From contig MFPS01000007.1 of the NCBI GenBank assembly GCA_001782825.1, positions 84,487-148,486 on the forward strand: a DNA stretch of 64,000 bases, read 5' to 3'. Positions 18,230-26,871 of this stretch are shown piece after piece; position 1 is the stretch's first letter, and each line of letters starts with the position of its first letter. The notes beneath the pieces are model-generated. The model was not told the origin of the DNA. It searched no databases and saw nothing but the letters and a program-made list of their open reading frames with translations. The DNA comes from Candidatus Magasanikbacteria bacterium RIFCSPHIGHO2_01_FULL_33_34 (lineage in GTDB: Bacteria; Patescibacteriota; Patescibacteriia; Magasanikbacterales; UBA922). Position numbers and translations under genes: made by a program.

Positions 18230-18940
18230 ATGAAATTAGCCATAATTATTCCAACTCTAAACGAACGAGGCTCTTTGCCACTATTATTTAACGAGATGGA
18301 TCAAATATATCAAAACATAAAAGATAAAGGATTTGAACCAGAAATTATTATAATAGACGATAATTCAAATGATGGTACACAACAATTTGTAGAAGAATAT
18401 TCCCATAATTCACCCTACAAAACAAAACTGATAGAGAGAAAAGAACGAGGTCTAGCAACCGCAGTCATTCGTGGCTTTACAGAAACAGAGGCTGATGTAC
18501 TTTGTGTTATGGATGCAGATTTGTCTCACCCACCTGCGCTTATCCCTAAATTAATCGAAAATTCAAAAAGTTTTGACATAGTTCTGCCTTGCAGAAATAT
18601 GATTGGTGGTGGCGCAGAAGAATGGCCAATACATAGAAAACTCACATCAATGTTCGCCACATCACTTGTGAAATTACTCGGTATAACAGTGCGAGATCCA
18701 ATGAGTGGCTTTTTCTTGATTCACAAAAAAGTTATAGAAGATGTAAAATTAAATCCCATTGGCTATAAAATACTTTTGGAAATCCTAGTAAAAGGAAAAT
18801 ATAAAAATTATATAGAAGTACCCTATATATTTCGCAATCGTGCAGTTGGTAATAGCAAAATGAGTGGAAAAATAATCGGTCAATACCTCAAACATCTCTG
18901 GGAACTCAAAAAATGGCAAAAACAAAAAACAAGGACTTAG
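18230..18940 (+). CDS. GT2 polyprenol-phosphate glycosyltransferase (Dpm1-like)
   Basis: LAIIIPTLNERGSL...IIIIDDNSNDGT...MDADLSHPP. 236 aa. Confidence 0.7.
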   Translation: MKLAIIIPTLNERGSLPLLFNEMDQIYQNIKDKGFEPEIIIIDDNSNDGTQQFVEEYSHNSPYKTKLIERKERGLATAVIRGFTETEADVLCVMDADLSHPPALIPKLIENSKSFDIVLPCRNMIGGGAEEWPIHRKLTSMFATSLVKLLGITVRDPMSGFFLIHKKVIEDVKLNPIGYKILLEILVKGKYKNYIEVPYIFRNRAVGNSKMSGKIIGQYLKHLWELKKWQKQKTRT

Positions 18941-18952
18941 TCCTTGTTTTTT
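18924..18952. terminator. Palindromic hairpin spanning the overlapping stop codons of convergent genes (bidirectional terminator candidate)
   Basis: AAAAAACAAGGACT-T-AGTCCTTGTTTTTT. The TAG at 18938-18940 is the stop of the plus-strand gene; the same AAGGACT/AGTCCTT stem recurs at 16676-16697. Confidence 0.45.
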
Positions 18953-19662
18953 ATGTATATTATCATTCCTTGAGCATACATAGACGGCCATATTTTATTC
19001 AAAATTGGCAATCCTTCGTATAAAATAAATTTAGACAGTCTAAACCCAATGGCCCGCACCCAAAATTTCATATCCTTTACTGTCCAAAAACGCACATGCT
19101 CTCCCGGATGAGCTATCCACTGCAATGGAAATCTACCAAACAAAAGTCTCAATCTATGCGCATAATAACCTGTGTTTGGAGTAGAAAAAATAAATCCTTT
19201 TTTTGCTTTGTCTTTTAGTCTATATACAAATTGCTCTGGATTTGGCATATGTTCTATTATTTCAAACCCAGTAATATAATCAACTTCTGGTAAATTTTTT
19301 ATATTTTCCAAATCATTTATATCCATTTTTATAGCTTCCAAACCCAAACTTCTTACCCTCTCAATTGATTTTTCATCAATATCAACCCCTATTCCTCTTA
19401 TATCCGCCTTATCTTTAAAATATTTCAATATGGCTCCGTCTCCACAACCAATGTCAAGTACAGTACTGCCCTTTTCTAGAAAACCCAGTACCAAATCAGC
19501 TCTTTGTTTTTGCCAATTAGACAAAACTGGTTCATCTGTTTGTCTACGTTTTTCCCAATAAGCCCCATGATCTTGAGATAAATTTGGACCAAACTTACAC
19601 TCTGGATAAAAAGTTATTTTCTTAAAATCCTCTTTGATTTTCCAAACCAACTGCTTTAACAT
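18937..19662 (-). CDS. Class I SAM-dependent methyltransferase
   Basis: VLDIGCGDGAILKYF (motif I); 241 aa. Confidence 0.6.
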   Translation of the reverse strand: MLKQLVWKIKEDFKKITFYPECKFGPNLSQDHGAYWEKRRQTDEPVLSNWQKQRADLVLGFLEKGSTVLDIGCGDGAILKYFKDKADIRGIGVDIDEKSIERVRSLGLEAIKMDINDLENIKNLPEVDYITGFEIIEHMPNPEQFVYRLKDKAKKGFIFSTPNTGYYAHRLRLLFGRFPLQWIAHPGEHVRFWTVKDMKFWVRAIGFRLSKFILYEGLPILNKIWPSMYAQGMIIYIKNKD

Positions 19663-19664
19663 AA

Positions 19665-20789
19665 TTATTTTAATATAAAATTTACTATCTCCTTAGCCCT
19701 ACTTTCCCAATCATATTTTTTAACATCCAAATTAGCTTGCTTTACCAAACTATCAGACAAATCTTCTTGTGTCAAAACTTTTTTTATGCCATTAGCTAAC
19801 TCCACAACATTACCCGCTTCTACCAATACAGCATTATCTTCAGACAATACTTCCCTTATAGATGGCAAATCTGATGCCACAATTGGCGTGCCAGAAGCCA
19901 TATATTCAAACATTTTCATTGGAGATGTATAATGCGAAGATATTTTTTCTTCTCCACAATTTGGCAAAATTAAAACATCAACTGCATTCATCCAGTCTGG
20001 CATCTCATCGTGACTCTGCCAACCAATATACTTAAGATTTTTAAAATTATATTTTTCCTTAAATCTTTTCAAATCCACATCAGTACCACCTACAATATAA
20101 AAATCAAGCTCTGGTAACTCTTTGGCAGTCTCCGCAAATATATGCGCACCCTTCCATTTATAAAGATGTCCGGTATACAAAGCAATCTTTTTATCTTTTG
20201 GTATATGCAATTTTTTTCTTGAACTATCTTTTGTTCTATTGATATTAAATTTTTCAATGTCAACCGCATCACGAGCAATAATTATTTTATTTGCATCTAC
20301 ACCAAACTTGACCAAATCATCTTTTATATTTTGGCTAATAACAATTATACCTTTTACTCTTGACCATGTCTTTATATATTTTGATGATGGTTGCTGAGGT
20401 AGACTATGCACTTCATAATAAACGCTATTATAGACCTTTGATAATTCCAATGCTATATATAAATCACGCGTATAAAAAATATCAATATTCTCTTTTTTAA
20501 TATAAGCTCTGACTGCATAATAAAAAGTCAAAGTTTCAATCCAAAAAAATATCTTTTTAAAAAATGGTAAATTAACCAAATCCAAACACCATACTTTAAT
20601 AATAGAAAAATTTTCTTTTATACTATAAAATTTAAAAGGATTTTCTTTATGATTATTTTTCCTTGTCGGAACAACTAATACAACTTTCAAATCAGATGAA
20701 ACCAAAGATTCACATGTCTTCACAATCTGGATTCCATGTGCTTTTTCAGTTGGTAAACGAATATTTGCAATATAAGCTAACGATTTCAT
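19665..20789 (-). CDS. GT4 (GT-B) glycosyltransferase
   Basis: 374 aa; C-terminal EYMASGTPIVASDLPSIREV nucleotide-binding region. Confidence 0.6.
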   Translation of the reverse strand: MKSLAYIANIRLPTEKAHGIQIVKTCESLVSSDLKVVLVVPTRKNNHKENPFKFYSIKENFSIIKVWCLDLVNLPFFKKIFFWIETLTFYYAVRAYIKKENIDIFYTRDLYIALELSKVYNSVYYEVHSLPQQPSSKYIKTWSRVKGIIVISQNIKDDLVKFGVDANKIIIARDAVDIEKFNINRTKDSSRKKLHIPKDKKIALYTGHLYKWKGAHIFAETAKELPELDFYIVGGTDVDLKRFKEKYNFKNLKYIGWQSHDEMPDWMNAVDVLILPNCGEEKISSHYTSPMKMFEYMASGTPIVASDLPSIREVLSEDNAVLVEAGNVVELANGIKKVLTQEDLSDSLVKQANLDVKKYDWESRAKEIVNFILK

Positions 20790-20820
20790 ATTTATATGTA
20801 ATAAGAATTGAGGACATTAT

Positions 20821-20932
20821 TTATAATTAAGCATTAGTTTGTTTATTTATTTTTACGGATTTGATACCCATAACAGGCATCACCCTCGGAGCCAAGGCGA
20901 GAATGAGTAAAAACAAATAAACAAACTAATGC
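20821..20932. promoter_or_regulatory. Hairpin-embedded intergenic element B, same conserved core as element A
   Basis: Stem GCATTAGTTTGTTTATTTATTTTTAC (20821-20846) pairs with GTAAAAACAAATAAACAAACTAATGC (20907-20932). Loop reads ...GGATTTGATACCCATAACAGGCATCACCCTCGGAGCCAAGGCGAGAATGAG. It lies 32 nt upstream of the GT4 start at 20789. Confidence 0.45.
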
Positions 20933-20977
20933 GATCGTAGATGAAATATAAACAATGCTATTATATCTTACAACTTA

Positions 20978-22333
20978 TTATATAAACAAACCCAATTTTT
21001 CCTTTAATTTGTCCATGCTTAATAGTAAATCAATTATAGCATTTAAACTTATTATTCCAAAAGCCATAATAAAAGCTTTTTCTTTGATATTTTTCTTATT
21101 TTGCCACAACAATACCGCTCCATATCCAGCTAATAATGAAAGCAATGGATATATTTGAAATCTATATCTAGTTTCAACCACAGTAATAAATAATATCAGT
21201 GGAGTTAAAAAAATAAACGCAAAAATATAATTTAACGTATTTGATCTTTGCGACCACAATTTAATAGAGGCATACAAAGACAAGACAAATAACAAAAGTG
21301 ACCAAACAGCCGAAGACATCAAAAATAAAAATTGACTAATACCTGAATCATAAAACCAAAAACCCATCGGTCGTATAACACTAAAATATCTATTTATCCT
21401 AAGTGCGGTCAGACGAATAAAATCCAATGGATAATTACGAACAAAAATTTTAAATTCATCGATAGACTTATCAGATACCAAATATGCGCCATATTCTACT
21501 ATAAAATCCTCTACCTCCTCTGGCTTGTCTTGTTCACCAGTTGCACCAACATGATTGCCTATCCAAAAATTATAACCACCAGCTGCGCCAAAAGGCATTA
21601 TTTTTTCATAAGCCATATAATTACGGACTGTCCACGGTGTAAATATAGCACCGATAGCCACAGACATTATAATTATTTGTTTGTATTTTTTCTTGAATAC
21701 AAAATACAAAAATATAACAGGCAACACAAAAAGTACCGGTGGTCTCGCCAAAACAGCCAAGCCACTAATTATCCCTAAAGATATAGCATTAATCCAAGAT
21801 TTTGATCCAGAAATTTTCTCTTTATCAATAAAGTTTAAAAAATACCAAATAAGCCATGTCCAAAAAAATATATATAATGTCTCTGTCATAAGCATAGCAG
21901 AAATCTCTACTAAATCTGGAGAAAAACCAAATATAATAGTAGAGCCCAAAGCCATCAATTCAACTTTTTCGTATTTTTTAAATAAAATTTTAGCAGATAA
22001 ATAAACAAAATAAGCGGACACAGTATGTAACAAAGCCTGAATTATCCAAACTACTTCATAATTGTGCCCAAATACCAAATAAATAAATGCCAAAAAATAT
22101 TGGTATAATGGACCGACTCTGGTTATGGCTTTATCAAACTTAACATCTGCGCCAGCATCTTCTACAAAACCATTACCAGAAATTATATTTTGAGCAATAT
22201 GATCATAGGCTCTAGCGTCAACCACTGGATGAATTCTAAAAACAAAAGAATAGGCAATACACAAAAAAAGAGACCCTAACAAAATATATAATAAAGGTTT
22301 CTTTTTGAGATTATTTTTAACCTCCTCAAACAT
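20978..22333 (-). CDS. GT-C fold membrane glycosyltransferase (ArnT/PMT-like)
   Basis: 451 aa polytopic membrane protein immediately downstream of a Dpm1-like GT2 (9-nt gap). Confidence 0.5.
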   Translation of the reverse strand: MFEEVKNNLKKKPLLYILLGSLFLCIAYSFVFRIHPVVDARAYDHIAQNIISGNGFVEDAGADVKFDKAITRVGPLYQYFLAFIYLVFGHNYEVVWIIQALLHTVSAYFVYLSAKILFKKYEKVELMALGSTIIFGFSPDLVEISAMLMTETLYIFFWTWLIWYFLNFIDKEKISGSKSWINAISLGIISGLAVLARPPVLFVLPVIFLYFVFKKKYKQIIIMSVAIGAIFTPWTVRNYMAYEKIMPFGAAGGYNFWIGNHVGATGEQDKPEEVEDFIVEYGAYLVSDKSIDEFKIFVRNYPLDFIRLTALRINRYFSVIRPMGFWFYDSGISQFLFLMSSAVWSLLLFVLSLYASIKLWSQRSNTLNYIFAFIFLTPLILFITVVETRYRFQIYPLLSLLAGYGAVLLWQNKKNIKEKAFIMAFGIISLNAIIDLLLSMDKLKEKLGLFI

Positions 22334-22341
22334 AGATGAAT

Positions 22342-23046
22342 TTAATTAGTAAACCTGTATTTGATTATACAATAAATTGCACGGACTCCATCTTTCCAAT
22401 TTATCTTTTTACCTTCTTCATAAGTTCTATGATCATACGAAATAGGTACTTCAAAAATTTTAATACCTTTTACTTTAGCTAATTTTGCGGTAAACTCTGG
22501 CTCAAACCCAAATCTATTTTCACGCAACTCAAAATTATTTAATATCTCTTTTTTAAAAACCTTATAACAAGTTTCCATATCTGTGAGAATCAAATTTGTA
22601 AACATATTAGACAATAATGTCAAAAACTTGTTACCCATAGTATGCCAAAATTTTAATACTTTATGAGAACCTGGTTGTAAAAATCTAGAACCATAGACCA
22701 CGTCCATACCATCTTCCAATATTGGTTTTAACAAAACTTTATATTCATCTGGATTATACTCCAAATCAGCATCTTGAATAATTATTATCTCACCTTTTGC
22801 CTCCTTGAAACCACGACGAATGGCAGCTCCTTTGCCCATATTTTGTTCTTGACTATAAACACTAAGGCTATACTTTAACGCCAATTCTTCTAAAACTTTT
22901 TTTGAATTATCTCTTGAACAATCATTGACACATACTATTTCTTTTTCAAGTCCAAGGACATCCGCCTCTTTTACTCTTTTCAATATTTTTTCAACTGTTT
23001 TTTCCTCATTATAAACTGGGATAACAATAGATACTTTACTAAACAT
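22342..23046 (-). CDS. GT2 polyprenol-phosphate glycosyltransferase (Dpm1-like)
   Basis: [18 protein letters not shown]...[11 protein letters not shown]...QDADLEYNP. 234 aa. Confidence 0.7.
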   Translation of the reverse strand: MFSKVSIVIPVYNEEKTVEKILKRVKEADVLGLEKEIVCVNDCSRDNSKKVLEELALKYSLSVYSQEQNMGKGAAIRRGFKEAKGEIIIIQDADLEYNPDEYKVLLKPILEDGMDVVYGSRFLQPGSHKVLKFWHTMGNKFLTLLSNMFTNLILTDMETCYKVFKKEILNNFELRENRFGFEPEFTAKLAKVKGIKIFEVPISYDHRTYEEGKKINWKDGVRAIYCIIKYRFTN

Positions 23047-23058
23047 ATATTTATTTAA

Positions 23059-23700
23059 TTATTTCTTTTCAACTATTAAGGCCATTTGCTTAGCACCAGG
23101 CCTTATCGGTGAATTTAGATAAGCTCTAATTACTAACCTAGGTGTAGGTATAGAACTACTCTTAAATGAATAAGGAGTAATTTTTGGTAAGACTTTTATC
23201 AAATCAAAATTATTCTCTTTAAGTAAAGTAGAAAGACCCTCATGGGTAAATATTGTCCTATGAGTATAATCATCAAAATACTCACGCCAACAATACCTAA
23301 AGTTTGGTTGTAAAATACACAATCTTCCACCCTTTTTCAACACTCGGTTAATTTGTAAAATTATTTTTTCAACATCTTCAATTATAAAATGTTCAAAAAA
23401 ATTACTTGCTAAAAACATATCTACTGAATTATCTTCAAAAGAAGATAATTCAGTCGCATCTTGGACTAAAGCTTCTGTGCCATTTTTAGCATAATCTCTA
23501 ACAATTGGAGAAATATCTATTGCTACCTTTTTATTTGCTTTTACATTATTTATCCAACAACAATAACCAGCGCCTAATTCTACAACTTTATCTAATTGTT
23601 TTGGATAATAAGCAGAAAAAAAACGATTCAACTCTTCCCAAACAATATCTCTTCTGCCATCAGCTGTTAATCTTTCTTCAAAATATTTTTCTGTGTACAT
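23059..23700 (-). CDS. Class I SAM-dependent methyltransferase
   Basis: VVELGAGYCCW (motif I), LKKGGRLCIL (motif II-like). 213 aa; overlaps the upstream GT-C gene by 34 nt. Confidence 0.5.
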   Translation of the reverse strand: MYTEKYFEERLTADGRRDIVWEELNRFFSAYYPKQLDKVVELGAGYCCWINNVKANKKVAIDISPIVRDYAKNGTEALVQDATELSSFEDNSVDMFLASNFFEHFIIEDVEKIILQINRVLKKGGRLCILQPNFRYCWREYFDDYTHRTIFTHEGLSTLLKENNFDLIKVLPKITPYSFKSSSIPTPRLVIRAYLNSPIRPGAKQMALIVEKK

Positions 23701-25040
23701 ACTTTTTTATTTCGTATATATTTACAATAAATCTCCCAAGCTCCAAATACACCCAACATAACAACAAACGGAAAAAATGGCATATTATATCTACCAGAAT
23801 TTGAACCATTAGCTATGTTCCCTGTCAACAATACATTCAAAGCCAAAAAGCTCAACAAAAAACTAGTCCAAAGTCTATATTTTTTAATCATTAAGGTAGA
23901 TAAGGCTAGTAGTACTAAACCATACCAAAAAATGAACAAAAATGCAACCACAGGCTTAAGTACATACTGAGGAAAATCTGGCTTTTTAGGAAGAAGCACA
24001 TGATCAGCCAAATACCCATAATCAGCCTTAAAAAAACCTTTAAACGCACCCGTTAGATGAAACCTAATAAAATCTATAGGATGTCTAGTTATCAAATCTC
24101 GCAAATATTCCTTATAAAATGGATGATTATTATATTCATAATGATAATATGTATATTTATTTGGTCTTCTCATATTATCTGATCCAGGAAACTGATAATA
24201 ATCAGGTGGTGGTTCAAGCCAATAATGTGGAATATTATGCAATTTAGCAAATGGTTCTGAAATATATATATGAATTGCCATCCACCCATTGCTAGACAAT
24301 GAAAAATGTCCAAACTGTTTATAATTTCTTGCCATCCAAGGAAAAAGAACTAAGCAGAAAAAAAATACTACTAATACTACAGGTTTTATAAAAGGCTGTT
24401 TTTTTATTTTTTTTGTCCTTAAAAAATTTTTTACACTATCTTTGTGCATATAAAGAAGTGTTATTATTACAATCGGAAATAAATACAAAAAAATTGGCCT
24501 TACTTGAGCAGTAATCCCAATCATCAAACCAGCTAATCCATATTTTTTCTTTATAAAAAACAAAACAAAAAATGCAAAAAATACACCAGCAAAATGGTCA
24601 GACATCAAAAGATTTGACCAATAAATCATTGTCGGATCAAAAGAAAAAATTACAGACGATATTATTCCTACGTATTTGTTGTTGAACAATAATAATGCTA
24701 TTTTATAAATCAAAACTGAAACAATACCAGCTAAAATATTTTGCACCATTACTATAGTAATATATGGTGTACTAAATAATCTAAATGGCAATAAAAACAA
24801 TGGATATCCTGGAGTCCTCATAGCATCTGGTACTAACTCTGGATGCACCAATGCTTCACTAAAAATATTATTATACAAAATATTATTTGCCAACTTTACA
24901 TACACAGTCGTATCTGAATAAGAAACAAACACATCTTCACCAAACATTCTCTGTATTACTATTGCATAAATTGCACGAATAGAAAAAGCTAATAAAAAAA
25001 GTATAATTTCTATATTATATTTTTTTATTAATTTAATCAT
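23667..25040 (-). CDS. GT-C fold membrane glycosyltransferase
   Basis: 457 aa polytopic membrane protein; start codon 3 nt from the stop of the preceding Dpm1-like GT2. Confidence 0.5.
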   Translation of the reverse strand: MIKLIKKYNIEIILFLLAFSIRAIYAIVIQRMFGEDVFVSYSDTTVYVKLANNILYNNIFSEALVHPELVPDAMRTPGYPLFLLPFRLFSTPYITIVMVQNILAGIVSVLIYKIALLLFNNKYVGIISSVIFSFDPTMIYWSNLLMSDHFAGVFFAFFVLFFIKKKYGLAGLMIGITAQVRPIFLYLFPIVIITLLYMHKDSVKNFLRTKKIKKQPFIKPVVLVVFFFCLVLFPWMARNYKQFGHFSLSSNGWMAIHIYISEPFAKLHNIPHYWLEPPPDYYQFPGSDNMRRPNKYTYYHYEYNNHPFYKEYLRDLITRHPIDFIRFHLTGAFKGFFKADYGYLADHVLLPKKPDFPQYVLKPVVAFLFIFWYGLVLLALSTLMIKKYRLWTSFLLSFLALNVLLTGNIANGSNSGRYNMPFFPFVVMLGVFGAWEIYCKYIRNKKVCTQKNILKKD

Positions 25041-25042
25041 AA

Positions 25043-25765
25043 TTATTTCTCTTTATGTTTTTTTGAAAATATCCGTTCTTTGAGTATAAAAAAAATCATT
25101 ATAATACCAAGTTTGACTGCTTTAGAAGTTTTTCCTGTTATTTTTGATTCCCCTTTTCTTGGACAATAATGCACTGGAACCTCAACACAAGGTATATTAT
25201 ATTGCAAAACTCTTATCATAAATTCTGGAGAAAACCACGAACCAGGTACTGTAAATCTATGTTTTATTTTATCATAAGCAAGTTTATGAATGACTTTGAA
25301 GGTGCAACCGACATCAGTAAGAGATGGTCCATTAAACAAATACTCTAAAAATTTTGCAACTCCCCAATTGCCCAAGCGAATACCAAATTTCATATTAGCG
25401 CCAGACCATATCAAAGCTCTTGATGTTCTTGTACCAAAAACAACTTGATAATCAACCGAATAAATAAGCAACTTTTCTATATCTTTTGCCAAAAATGTAC
25501 CATCTGGTTCAACAGTAACAATCAAATCCCCATTAGCTTCCTGCATACCTCTTTGCAAAGCAGAACCATAACCTTGTCTTGTTTCTAGCACATACCTAGC
25601 ATTTGTTTTCAAAATCTCTTCTTTACTCCTATCTGTAGAATTATTATCTACTGCAATAACTTCATCTACTGACGGTTGTGATAAAAAAGATTTTATTGCA
25701 TTATGTATATTTTCCTCTTCATTATATACAGGCAATACTACTGAAACACGCATTCCATTATACAT
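25043..25765 (-). CDS. GT2 polyprenol-phosphate glycosyltransferase (Dpm1-like)
   Basis: VSVVLPVYNEEENI...AVDNNSTDRS...VTVEPDG. 240 aa. Confidence 0.7.
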   Translation of the reverse strand: MYNGMRVSVVLPVYNEEENIHNAIKSFLSQPSVDEVIAVDNNSTDRSKEEILKTNARYVLETRQGYGSALQRGMQEANGDLIVTVEPDGTFLAKDIEKLLIYSVDYQVVFGTRTSRALIWSGANMKFGIRLGNWGVAKFLEYLFNGPSLTDVGCTFKVIHKLAYDKIKHRFTVPGSWFSPEFMIRVLQYNIPCVEVPVHYCPRKGESKITGKTSKAVKLGIIMIFFILKERIFSKKHKEK

Positions 25766-25788
25766 ATAAATATTTTAAAAATAAAAAA

Positions 25789-26802
25789 TTAAAATAATTT
25801 ATCCTTCCACGTACGTGGTGTAATATCAGAAACTATTTCCAAATCCAAATGATACCTAAATGGCTTGACACCACGATCTCTTATATAATTAATCATAGAA
25901 CGAATGCCATCTTGCAAAGATGTTTGTGTTTTATAGCCAAGTAAATTACGAGCTTTTTGAGCACTACAAGTAGCAACTTTAACTTCACAAGGTCTATCAG
26001 CCATATAAATTGGTTCTAAATTAAAATTAAGTTGCTCTGCTATCACTCTGGCAAGCTCATTAATAGTAATCAATTCTTCATCAGGTCCAATATTTACTAT
26101 ATGTCCAACAACTTCATCAGAAGTACCCAATAATTTTAATGGATTAACAACATCTTCAATAAAAGAAAAACATCTCTGTTGTTCACCATCACCATATATA
26201 ACAGGTTGTCTATTTTGCAACATTAAATTGATCATAATAGAAGCTACATTTCTATAAGGATCATCATATTTTTGTCTAGGCCCTATAATATTATGTGGCA
26301 CAGCTATAACATATTCCATATTATGTGTTTCACAAAGATTTCTAACGGTTAGTTCTGATGCAAGCTTGGCTATGCCATATGGATCCTGAGGTTTGGGAAT
26401 CATTTCTTCTCTAAAAGGTAAACTTTCTTGTGTGCCATATCTAGCCATACTAGAACAAAAAACAAAGCGTTTCACTTTATTTGAAATTGCAGATGAAAGT
26501 ACTGATGTCGCAATACCATAAGTATTCTTTGTAATCAGATGAGGAGAAAACACACTCAAACCTTCATAAGCAGTACATGCGCAATGATAGACTATATCAA
26601 CGCCTTCCATGATTTTTACCATAGCTTCCCTATCCCCACAATCATACGAAAAAAACTTAACCCCCGGTGGGACATTATCCAAATAACCTCCAATTAAATT
26701 ATCACAACCGATCACTTTATAACCATCTTTTAGCAATCTATCTGCCAAATGACTTCCTAAAAATCCAGCGACTCCTGTAATAAAAACTGTCTGTTGAATC
26801 AT
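25789..26802 (-). CDS. NAD-dependent nucleotide-sugar epimerase (UDP-glucose / UDP-glucuronate 4-epimerase-like SDR)
   Basis: VFITGVAGFLGSHLADRLL; YxxxK (YGIAKLASE). 337 aa. Confidence 0.7.
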   Translation of the reverse strand: MIQQTVFITGVAGFLGSHLADRLLKDGYKVIGCDNLIGGYLDNVPPGVKFFSYDCGDREAMVKIMEGVDIVYHCACTAYEGLSVFSPHLITKNTYGIATSVLSSAISNKVKRFVFCSSMARYGTQESLPFREEMIPKPQDPYGIAKLASELTVRNLCETHNMEYVIAVPHNIIGPRQKYDDPYRNVASIMINLMLQNRQPVIYGDGEQQRCFSFIEDVVNPLKLLGTSDEVVGHIVNIGPDEELITINELARVIAEQLNFNLEPIYMADRPCEVKVATCSAQKARNLLGYKTQTSLQDGIRSMINYIRDRGVKPFRYHLDLEIVSDITPRTWKDKLF

Positions 26803-26827
26803 GTTAAAATATTTAAATAATGATTAA

Positions 26828-26856
26828 ATCATATATTATTAAAAATAAAATTGCAA
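26828..26856 (-). promoter_or_regulatory. Sigma-70-like promoter candidate (TTGCAA-N17-TATGAT) upstream of the epimerase gene
   Basis: On the minus strand, -35 TTGCAA (26851-26856), a 17-nt spacer, and -10 TATGAT (26828-26833), about 25 nt upstream of the start at 26802. Confidence 0.35.
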
Positions 26857-26871
26857 GCTTAAAATAATCAA

